Part shown: positions 1-10,013 of the stretch, piece after piece
Layout of the letters: every line of letters starts with the position of its first letter
How positions within the stretch are numbered: position 1 is the first letter of the stretch
From: Chara braunii
Lineage: Eukaryota > Plantae > Charophyceae
DNA length: 53,282 nucleotides
Direction: 5' to 3'
NCBI GenBank assembly: GCA_003427395.1
Contig: BFEA01000016.1
Location: 3,984,377 to 4,037,658, forward strand
Translations under genes and position numbers: made by a program
Notes under the pieces: model-generated
Database searches by the model: none
The model's input: only the letters and a program-made list of their open reading frames with translations
Told to the model about the DNA's origin: nothing

Positions 1-1800
1 GCAAGACTAAATCTGCCTACCTAGATTCCCCTTTCCAACAGAGAGGGCGTCGGTCCAGGCTTTCAGTCCTCGTACCAGAACTGACTTGATCTCATACCCC
101 CCTCTGCTATGGTAACAGGGCACTACAACCCTCCCCAGTATCGATCAACCTAGCTCTGACGGACAGGAAGTGCCTTCCTCCCTCGACAATTCCCTTAGCG
201 GCGAGCCCCTAAACAGGTTACAGGGTTAAAACCCCGGCGCCAACTACATCGGACGATCTGGTTATGCCTTCCACCCTCGGCATAACTTCCCAGGCCTCAA
301 GCTCCCCCCTGGGTTACGAAGCAGAAGCTCCAGCACCGGCCTGTGTCGGCCCAGCATCGTCCTTCTAACCTACTTACCCTAACAAACAACCCTTTCTGTT
401 GAGAATCCCCTTGCTACCTTCCTTCCTTCAAATCTAGCTTCCCCCCCCTTCGGCTTACTGTGTAGCCATCGACGACACTCCTTCTCTCAAAAAACAAAAT
501 CCTAACATACTGCTATAAGCAGCCATCCCCTTGTCTTCTCGTCCCACCCGCCAATACTGATCCGACCCTAAATCAGTCCGGCTAAGAGACAACAATCCCC
601 CAATACCGCCTCCCCCCTCCAAGAATAACACCTCCCACCTTGTGAAACCCTCACGGGGGCAGGCTCCAACCCTCAAGGAAGGCCCCACAGATATACACAG
701 CAAACTCAATTACACCCCTCAAGACCAGGAAGTTGAAATTAGACGCACGGTGTTATGATTCGCAACCATAGAGTTTTGAAAGATACTACAATAGCCTACA
801 TTTAGGCATCGAAGATCAGAACGAGTTTGTATCAGAAATTAAGAAAAAATCATGACCATATGATCAATAATAGGGAAAACTACAGAATGACAAAATTTAC
901 GATATATTATACGAAGTTTTAGTTTTAGATATCCATAAAGGATTTTCAAATCAGATTCCCAAACCACAGTTTGAGAAACGTTTAGCAAAGATGTATGGCA
1001 CGAAAAAGTTTAAGAAAATATTTTCAAGAAACCATTTTATCAGAAGGAACCACCAACACAAAACTGAGTTAGATCATCATCATTTATAAAGGATAATCAG
1101 AATTACAACCTAGAAAAAACAAACGAGTGAATTCAGAATAGAGAAGACAAAATTCAAAAAAACCTAATTAGATCATCATCATTGGTAAACATCAGCGACG
1201 CAAATTGAAGTAATCCTGATTGGTGAATATGATCAGGGAGAGGGACTATCCAAAGAAAAGTCAAACTCATCCTAAAGCAGCATTCAACAAGGCGAAAAAA
1301 ACTCGACCACAGCAACTGCCGTTGATACCGCTTGGCCCTTCTTCAAAAAAACACGGACTCGATGTCGCCTCCAATCCTCCTCCCACTCCACGTGAGGACG
1401 TGCAGCCGACCATCCTCCACAAAACTACGCAGGCAGAGAAGCAAAGGCAACCAGTATGTCGAGAATCTCATGAAGACCCGCCCCCTTTCAAAGGCAGACT
1501 TCCCTTCATCCAGCGTGCTGGCCAGCAGCATCACTAGGTGAAGCGTGAAGCCGGAGATGGCACCACTTGTGCTTTCAAGGCAGGCCACACCAAGTCGTGC
1601 CACATTATCTCTACCCTGTTGCTGTCAAGTCTCGCGCCCACAGCCCCCACCCGCCCACCGTGTCGCCAGACTCTCCGTTAGCTCCTGCGTCGCGCCGTGT
1701 CCTCTCCGACGGTGCTCCAGCGGGGGCGCAGCGCTCCTGGTCGCGCTGCGCCCCACTTCGTGTTTCTTGGACCCACAAGGATTAATTTCGCTTTTCGAAA
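1..1800 (-). mobile_element. Family E non-autonomous retroelement, copy E0 (3' part lies outside the window; 5' limit approximate)
   Basis: 1-440 aligns by eye with 3090-3520 and with the reverse complement of 14580-15000; 560-720 aligns with 4030-4200; GC hairpin at 1723-1754 matches those at 5481-5514 and 13345-13378. Confidence 0.7.
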
Positions 1801-1825
1801 GATGGCTCATTTCTGGCACTACCGG

Positions 1826-1987
1826 GGCCAAGTCCCACGAGCAGCTTTGAGTTTCCTCAACGGTTGAATCTGGTAGAGTTTGCGGAGATGTGCAGGCATG
1901 GCGTCGAGTTTCCTCAACCCCACATCCTTACAAAGGCGTCCAGATTCAGGGGTTGAGGAAACTCAAAGCTGCAAGTGAGACTTGGCC
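1826..1987. mobile_element. MITE with long TIRs (PIF/Harbinger-like ends)
   Basis: ggccaagtcccacgagcagctttgagtttcctcaac ... gttgaggaaactcaaagctgcaagtgagacttggcc; shares tgaatctgg/tccagattca with the MITEs at 7352 and 48049. Confidence 0.75.
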
Positions 1988-2017
1988 ACCTGCAGTCTTT
2001 CGAAATCCGCTGTCTTT

Positions 2018-2079
<62 letters not shown>

Positions 2080-2632
2080 NNNNNNNNNNNNNNNNNNNNN
2101 NNNNNNNNNNNNNNNNNNNNNNNNNNNNNNNNNNNNNNNNNNNNNNNNNNNNNNNNNNNNNNNNNNNNNNNNNNNNNNNNNNNNCCCCTCCCCCCCAAGT
2201 CCCCAAAATTTATGGCAAAATCTCGCCAACAACCTCAACCCTAACAACAACCAATCTTTTTACCCACACCCCCATTATTTTTTTTTAGTATTTTATTTTT
2301 TTTTATTATTATTTTTTTAATGGCGCACACCCCCATTCTAACAACCACAAAAGAAAGTAAATATAAAACCCCACTAATCCCCAAAATTTACGACAAAATC
2401 TCGCCAACAACCTCAACGGTTACCCTAACAGCAGAACCAAAAACGCAAAGCTACCTAGAAAGTATTACCTGGTCAACACAGAGCACAACACTAACTAAAG
2501 AGCACGACACATCAATACATAACATCAATTGCAAACCTGTCCAGGGTATCGAAAACTCCTCAACACAACTCCCAACACAAGGGTGTGACGGGTATCCAAG
2601 TATTTTATGTGTCGACGCCCTGCAGCGAACCA

Positions 2633-5560
2633 TTTTTTTTATTTTTTTTTAATGGGAACAAGGCTTCAATCTATTCATGGGGAGCAGCACACACTGGGAA
2701 CGGGGCCCAGCATCCCATATGAAAATTTACAGGGAATTTTGAAATTTTGAGATACCGGGGCCATTACCCGGCTTTAGGCTTAAGAAAATTAGAGCTACTT
2801 AGAAAATTTTTACAACAAGCTTCAGAAATAGGCGAAAGTTAGAAAATGACTTAGAACCCCCCATCCATCCTCTTTTACCTCACTCCGGCAGGACTTACTG
2901 CAGCAGAGCCACCATCTTTGCTGCTGCTATGCCCTAGTTCCATCCTACGAGCTAGCCCCCTCACTAGTAGAACGCTTTATATCCCACCATCTAGTTCTCC
3001 CACACACCTCTTTTTTGAAAGTTCTCTGAAAAAACTGCCTATGGTCTTCCCAACCACAGTCCAAACTTGGAAACAAAAGATCCTAACTGAAACCTCCCAC
3101 TATTTACAACTCCCCTTCAACAAGCGAAAAAACGTCAGGTTCAAGTGTTTAGTCCTCGTACCAAAACTCGGCTGATCTCATACCCCCCTATGTTAGGGTT
3201 ACAGAGCAACACAAACTTCCCCAGTACCGGTCAGCCTCATTCAGACGGCAAAGAGTGCCTTCCTCCCTCGATACTCCCGAATAGCCACACACCCTTAAGT
3301 TACAGGGAAAAAAACCCGACATCAGCTATGTTGGACAACCTGGTTATGCCTTCCTTCCTCGACATAACTCCCCAGACCTTTTGCTCCCCCAGGTTACAGA
3401 GCAAAAGCTCCAGCACCGGCCGACGTCGTCCCAACACTGTTATTTTGATCTACTGACTTAGACAAACGTCCCTTCCCTTGTTGAACCCCCCTTACTACCT
3501 CCCATCTTCCAGTTCTAACCTTCTCCTTTTCCCCCTAACGTTCTATTCACAATCTTCTTTGGCTGAGAAATCCCTTAGACAATTACCAAAAATGAGCGTT
3601 CATCTTTTTTTTCTTTTTTTCAACCATCACACAATTTCATACCAGCGCCCACTATACCCACAGGGAGAGGGGAAGAGAGGGAAAAGCACAACCCTCTCTC
3701 CCCATGGAGTCTTCAGCGCCTATTGGGGTCTCAGATACTTATAAAAGGGGTCACAAGAGCCAAAGGGATTACTCCCTTCCCCCACAAAACAACCCCTGTT
3801 TATGTATTGCCTCCGTGGGAAGGCGCCCCCTCACCTCCCCGCCCCAGTTCAAAAACAGCCCCCAACATACCCCTCCTGCTCCCTCAGTATTGCATACAAT
3901 ACTCCCTAGAGTATGCCCTGCAAAGCAAAAGATCACCCTACCTTCCTGCCCCATCCCCTCCAAGCGGAACAGCCCTCTCAACTCTTACGTTGCTGGCGTC
4001 AGCACCCCTTGTCCTCTTTCCCCAACCGCCATTAGCTGATCCCGAAAACCAGCGTAGCCCAAAAAAGGACAAACCCTCAATACCGTCCCTACCCTCTCAA
4101 AGATCACACCACCCACCTTGTGTAACGCTCGCAGGGAGGGACTCCAACCCTAAGCTTAGGGAGATATTCACTCCAGCACCTCTGACCCCACTCTCACAAC
4201 ATCACAAATTGAGACTCCCTTGCTAAGACTAATTGCTTGAGTAAAAACTAATTGAAAACAATTCTTAGAGTCATGCCAACGAAATTTGAATCATAAATTT
4301 AGTATCGAATTCAAAAAAATTATCGTTTAAACAGTAAATCGGGAATCAAAAGAAGTTTGAATCATGAATTTCGCATCAAATTCAGAAAATCAATTGAGAT
4401 TGAAAATACGCTTTGATAAGATTTGAAAATCCAAAATAGGGAAACAAAACAGGGAATCGATTTTGATGTCTAGACGGACTTATGACTCTGATTTCCAGAA
4501 CCCAAGGTTCAAGAAATCGCTCAGATAGTAAGTCAGGAAATATTAAGAAAAAAAATAAAATAGAAAATCAATTGTTTACAAGAGAACTCGCTCCGACAGT
4601 AAATCAGGAAATACTACGCAGAAAAACAAATCGACAATCGATTGTGTCAGCAATTGTGTACGAGAGAAACCATAACGATTCTGAAAACAAATCGCGAAAT
4701 CAACAAAAAAAATTACGAACTATCAATCAAGATCAACAAAATTAGGTCATGCCTCAATCTTGATTATCAAACGTCAGAATCAGAATTATTAGTTATATTT
4801 TCGTTGCATACCTAAACATTCAAGGGTACAAAACCTAATAGTTATTAAACCAGACCAAACTATTTAGGCGTCACATCGTTAAGAATCTCATCAGGGTCAT
4901 CGCAGGATCACCACTACAAAACGGGGAGAGAAAAAACACAACTTACCCTCGACATCCCTAAACGCATCCCCCCTTTCTCCAAACCACACCTCCTCCTTCA
5001 TCAGTTGACAAACAAATCAGTCGCCTGTGGTTGACGACTATTCAACCATCCCAAGGACTGAACGATGAAGATAACAGGACCGCAGCTAGGATTACCATCA
5101 CAGCAAACCAAACCACATCACGAGACTAAATCGCTGAGCCTGCTAGCGACCCCTCGCAGGTAGCCCAAAGAGATGAAGGAGTGTCATCGTCGCAGACGTC
5201 GCACGCCTATAGAAGACCTGTCTTCAACTTCCTTACCCCCAGAAACCCTCCTTTCTCCCCCCCACGACATTCCTCCTCTCCAACAAGACCATGATATGAG
5301 ATATTCGGTAACGACCGGACACCACTACCCTGCTCCTCCATGCCCGACACTCCCTCTCCCGCCTCATCATCCTGCTGTCATTGCACCTCGTACTCTCATC
5401 CTCACGTCATGCCATCATAACGCCCACCGCTCTTCCTTTCCAAATCTCGCTAAGGAGCCTGCCGTCGCATCAAACCATCGGGCGGCGGAGCGCTCTTGGT
5501 AGCGCTCCGCCACCACCGCTTCGGGTCCTTCAAACATCGACAACAAATCAAATTAGGGTC
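2633..5560 (-). mobile_element. Family E non-autonomous retroelement, copy E1 (may extend to the gap at 6613)
   Basis: Poly(T) at 2633-2650, then the degenerate LINE-type 3' hairpins at 2660-2716; blocks 2720-3520 and 4900-5530 are reverse-complement homologues of E2; no TSD found. Confidence 0.75.
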
Positions 5561-6920
5561 ACCCACCTAGCATAATTTCAATGCGTTTTGAGTTCAACTA
5601 CAGCAGTGTAGAAAATACCGTTGTCCCACATCCCCCTATCACCACCTTCTAATTTCTCGTACACCCAATCTCCCCACCAAGTGTCGAACTAGGTACAAGC
5701 AACAGATCAAACAGGGTTGCCCACCTATAAAATCACAAGCCATTTTGTTCGAGCAGGGTATTCCAATATCAAACCGAACTACATCTCTACCGAGGAACAG
5801 GATTGTCAATGACCCAAATAACCAGGAGCGAACGAAAGGACATGCAGTAGCACACATCGAAAAGGGAAATCCTACAAAGCACAATAACCACATAGGAAAT
5901 AACGAAAAGCAAGAAAAAAACAAACTAACTCAATGTCACCAAAAGATAGGAACAAACTTAAAGAGGCAATTTAGGAAATACCCCCAAAACTAAACTTAGC
6001 CCTCAAACGATGTTGCCAAACGATAAATGAGTCCCCCCATCTTCACTGCGTTCCTCGCAAAAAGATCTTCAATCTTCAACTCCAGGCGAAAACATCTCCA
6101 TCATAGCGCATCAACGAGAAAGCCGAAAGACTTCCAACGGAGCTTCTCACCAGCTTAGCCCTCCTCGCGCTCCCGTGATTCTTACGTCAAATCAACGCCT
6201 AAAACGATATCCATAGAATCAACGCCTAAAGCCGCATCTTCATAAGCATCGCGACCAGAGCTTCGTGACTAAGACCAAACGTGATCAACGTGATCGAGCT
6301 CCATACCTGAGATAAGAGGATCATCCTACAAGCACGCCACACCCACACACCAACCACTCTCAACTCAGCATGCCAGTATAACCACGCCTAACCCCATGGC
6401 TAGGAGCGGCCAGGGCGGATGAGACCAGTCAAGCATGGCGACTCAACCGTTGTGGCGCCCGCCGCCGGCCCCAGGCCGCAACGTCGTCGCCTTGCCTCAC
6501 CCAAGCAGCTTCGGGCTATTGCGCTCGGCCACTCCGCAACGCTCTCCTGCGGTCTGTAGCTGATGGAGATAGCGTGAATGCTTCTCTGCTTTTCCATTGT
6601 GGTCGTGCGGGTNNNNNNNNNNNNNNNNNNNNNNNNNNNNNNNNNNNNNNNNNNNNNNNNNNNNNNNNNNNNNNNNNNNNNNNNNNNNNNNNNNNNNNNN
6701 NNNNNNNNNNNNNNNNNNNNNNNNNNNNNNNNNNNNNNNNNTTTTTTTCCTTTTTTTTTTTCTTTTTTGTTTTTGCTTGTTACAAAGCAAGCCTCCGGTT
6801 TATTCCTGGGGAGCTGCAGGTGCGGGCTTTTTCTTTGTTAAATTTGCTGTCTCCATTTTTCTTACTGTGCCTCTCGCAGTCCGATCGTCGAAAAGATTCG
6901 GCTGTCCTGATTAGAATAGT

Positions 6921-7021
6921 CACCCCGAACATAACGCACCCGAAAAATGAATATATACAAGATATATTTTCGGCCAGATACAGCCAAAATGAGGGTGCGC
7001 TGTGTTCGGGGGAAGACGGTA
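6921..7021. mobile_element. Tc1/mariner-like MITE, one end truncated
   Basis: cccgaacataacgcaccc ... gggtgcgctgtgttcgggggaagacgg-TA; inverted homologue of the complete copy at 49683-49787. Confidence 0.75.
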
Positions 7022-7351
7022 GTGCACCCTCTTTTTCCTCCTTAGTACGTGGTTGAGACTCCAACCGCACAGAGCTCCGGGCAGCCCGAGAAACCTCTGA
7101 CGGGTAAAAGAGAGAAGGTATTCCCAAACAGAGACTTTTCTTTTCTGAAACCAATGTGGCGATCATTCACATCGAATGCGTTCCGGTGGAGTGTAAGTGG
7201 AGAAAGGCGGAGTGTAATGAAGAAAGTTGGGCTTGCCGGTGGGAAGGGGGGAGGAGAGGGTAGTAGTTATAGTTACTTTCAATCGAAGGTGATTTTAACA
7301 AAATGTCCCTGCTGTGACCCCTTCACACACGTGCACTTCACGCGAGAGTAA

Positions 7352-7525
7352 GGGCCAGATCCCACTGGCAAAGAGGATTGGAATAAGTGTCTGAATCTAG
7401 ACGTGTTCCACAGAGAGATGCAGAAAAGCAGATCAATCACAATCTTTTGCTCCTCTCCATAAACACGTCCAGATTCAGACGCTTATTCCAATCTTCTTTG
7501 CCGGTGGCCCGGTGGGATCACGCCC
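7352..7525. mobile_element. PIF/Harbinger (Tourist-like) foldback MITE
   Basis: Near-palindromic arms, GGGC...GCCC ends, TAA on both sides (7349-7351, 7526-7528); homologue at 48049-48224. Confidence 0.8.
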
Positions 7526-7528
7526 TAA

Positions 7529-7926
7529 GAGCCTCGTTCCACACCACTTGAAAATACTTGAGTTTCAAGTTCACACTAAGCGAGAAATTGTGATTAAGTT
7601 ACACTTACTCGATTAACAGTTCCATGTGCACTTGAGGAAACCCTTGAACAGGCTGCACGTGAAACCGAACTCCACGACTTGATCGATCCTGGACCAGGAT
7701 AGCCTGCTGGAAAAAAAGAAAAACGAAAAAAAGGCCCCACCCGGAGTGCTGACGGTAAGGGCTGGCACTTGAACTCAAGGTACCTCTGGGAGGTGACTTG
7801 AATTCAAGGTTGATTTTGGTTGTGTCGCCCTTGAAAAAAGTGAAAACAAAGCTGGTCGCTCTAAGGGGGGGTGGAACGATGATTTTTCGCTTCGCTCTTG
7901 AACTCCAGTGGTGTGGAACGAGGCCC
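7529..7926. mobile_element. PIF/Harbinger-like MITE
   Basis: TIR g(a/g)gcctcgttccacaccact / agtggtgtggaacgaggccc, TAA on both sides (7526-7528, 7927-7929). Confidence 0.8.
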
Positions 7927-8212
7927 TAACAACCAAGGCCTAAAGAGAAAAAATGATGCAACTCTATATTCATTTGATCGCTCTACCAGGGTGTGCCCCG
8001 ATCGTTGTTTTTTTGTATGCTATTGACGAATTAGACCCCAATCACGTCCATATACAGCTCATGTTCTCCCGACGCTGATTCCCGTAACGTACAAGGGCCA
8101 GCGCAACTAAGTGTGTCTCGTAATCCCTGCAAAGCTATAGCTCAACACGTGAAGAAATGCTCACGGTAATCTAGCGTGTCGACCTTCCGCACATATGACC
8201 ACGGGAAAGGAG

Positions 8213-8215
<3 letters not shown>

Positions 8216-8261
<46 letters not shown>
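8216..8261. repeat. (CA)n microsatellite running into an assembly gap
   Basis: Direct reading. Confidence 0.95.
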
Positions 8262-8812
8262 NNNNNNNNNNNNNNNNNNNNNNNNNNNNNNNNNNNNNNN
8301 NNNNNNNNNNNNNNNNNNNNNNNNNNNNNNNNNNNNNNNNNNNNNNNNNNNNNNNNNNNNNNNNNNNNNNNNNNNNNNNNNNNNNNNNNNNNNNNNNNNN
8401 NNNNNNNNNNNNNNNNNNNNNNNNNNNNNNNNNNNNNNNNNNNNNNNNNNNNNNNNNNNNNNNNNNNNNNNNNNNNNNNNNNNNNNNNNNNNNNNNNNNN
8501 NNNNNNNNNNNNNNNNNNNNNNNNNNNNNNNNNNNNNNNNNACGATGTTTTCCGTGATAATGATCAGGTGTCGTGTTCGACGTGAAGAAGGTTGGAGGAC
8601 TGGGGAGCAAAAGAAAAAAAAAAAAAAAAAAAAAAAGTCTATAACCGTTGTGGGCCGCAACAGTCCGTCCAATACGATAGGAAGCTTGGTGCGCAGTTTT
8701 ACACCCGAGTATCTAGGGCAGACACATAGCGGTCCGTTCGATGATGCACGAGTGATGCTGGTGTGTGATCGCTAACGGTAGACGACGAGTGAGATCCGCG
8801 TTTTACCCCGGG

Positions 8813-8907
8813 GACCAAGTCCCACTTACCCTGATTCTTAATTTCTGGGCACCGATCATAGTAATTTACGGTCAAAAGTAGAGAATTCGGGTAAGTGGGA
8901 CTTGGTC
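8813..8907. mobile_element. Short MITE
   Basis: TIR gaccaagtcccacttaccc / gggtaagtgggacttggtc; related to 48419-48622. Confidence 0.7.
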
Positions 8908-9099
8908 TCGGATCGGATAATCATGATAGAGTGGTTACCAGTGTTTATGTTGGGAACAATCGTTTGTGTGAATGCGACCTACCTTCTCTGATCGCATCGC
9001 ACTTTGTCCGTCGTGAGAGTGCAATCAGGGCAATCATGGCGGTCAAGGGTTCTCTAGTGACAAACTTAGATTTTGCTGAGGAATTTCGTTGATTTTTCA

Positions 9100-9299
9100 A
9101 TGGTAGGGGTTGTGGAGCTGGCTGTGGGGTGAAATCTAGTGGTGCCCTCGATGTGCTTGGCCGGTGATGCCTTGTCCACTGAGGGCCCCGCCTAATTTTG
9201 TGAGGGATGCTTGACCCGGTTCCAGGCTTTTATAAAGACTTGAGCATTTTTAAAATAAAAATAAATTAAAATAAAATAAAATAAAATAAAAATAAAAAA
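9100..9299 (+). mobile_element. Retroelement 3' tail fragment (5' limit uncertain)
   Basis: Degenerate family hairpin gggatgcttgacccggttccaggc at 9204-9227, followed by an A-rich tail at 9252-9299; same subtype as 16861-16897. Confidence 0.6.
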
Positions 9300-9371
9300 G
9301 CCTACGACTCGACTTGAACAGGAGGCATTTCTAGTATGAAGGGAATGCTCTACCACCTGAGCTACGTGAGC
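9299..9371 (-). pseudogene. tRNA pseudogene; anticodon now reads CAT in a broken stem, ancestrally Thr or Met; organelle-like
   Basis: GCTCACG-TA-GCTC-AGGTGGTA-GAGC-A-TTCCC-TTCATAC-TAGAA...TTCAAGT...CGTAGGC: cloverleaf with mismatched anticodon and T stems. Confidence 0.7.
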
Positions 9372-9383
9372 TCACCGAGAAAT

Positions 9384-9456
9384 TGGAGACGATTGGACTT
9401 GAACCAATAACTTCCTACTTGCAAAACATACGTTCTACCACTTGAATTACGCCTCT
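9384..9456 (-). pseudogene. trnA: tRNA-Ala(TGC) pseudogene, mitochondrial-like
   Basis: AGAGGCGTAATTCAAGTGGTAGAACGTATGTTTTGCAAGTAGGAAGTTATTGGTTCAAGTCCAATCGTCTCCA: 73 nt, TT-TGC-AA loop, intact T arm. Confidence 0.75.
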
Positions 9457-9646
9457 GATGGAATGAAAGAAATGAGATTTGAACTGGTTCAACTTCGTAT
9501 ACTACCATAATGAAGTTACCTTTTATTTAAATTTTGTATTTGGATAGGTTTTGTTTTCGCTTCTTTTGGAGGTTTCCGAAGTTTAATACGTCAGCAACAT
9601 ATAGCCAGATTTTATAACTGCCCTACAAAAGTTTTGAGTTGTGTTT

Positions 9647-9719
9647 AAAAATTTGGACAATTTTTCGATTTATGCGTGTCATTCTTGCGCAGGGGCCATG
9701 TTAATCTTCTCTGTATTGT
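9647..9719 (-). pseudogene. U6: U6 snRNA pseudogene, 3' ~73 nt only
   Basis: Reverse strand ACAATACAGAGAAGATTAACATGGCCCCTGCGCAAGAATGACACGCATAAATCGAAAAATTGTCCAAATTTTT: ACAGAGA box, ISL and plant-type 3' end; about 30 nt of the 5' end is absent. Confidence 0.95.
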
Positions 9720-10013
9720 GGTTGGGTAAATCCGCTAGTTTGCAAAAGCACGATAATGGTGGGAGTTGGTGTCTTTTGATGACGGAGAGTGTGAGTAGAG
9801 GTGCGATCTGCCCTGAATCGCGTAGAGGTGGGGGGGTTCTGCAGGGTCTACATCCGCAGTCGGGGGTCTGGGGATATGGACCCCTGCCGTGCGGGTGGCA
9901 GGACGGTTCTGCAGAGGGGGGGGAAGTTACCAGATGATAACCTTTTTGATTTCATTGTTTATCTCGAGTAGTGAAGTGTTTTGTTGGGTTTCGTAAGTTG
10001 TAGATTACAGCCG

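Noticed and set aside
1890-2320. ORFs spanning N gaps, homopolymers or microsatellites (also 8142-8775, 18134-18667, 34345-34821, 49758-50239)
   Set aside because: Artefacts of low-complexity or unknown sequence
9647-9719. U6-specific target-site insertion (Tx1-clade style) or a functional U6 gene
   Set aside because: The 5' part of U6 is not found at the other end of the insertion; the TSD lies outside U6 and the copy is mutated
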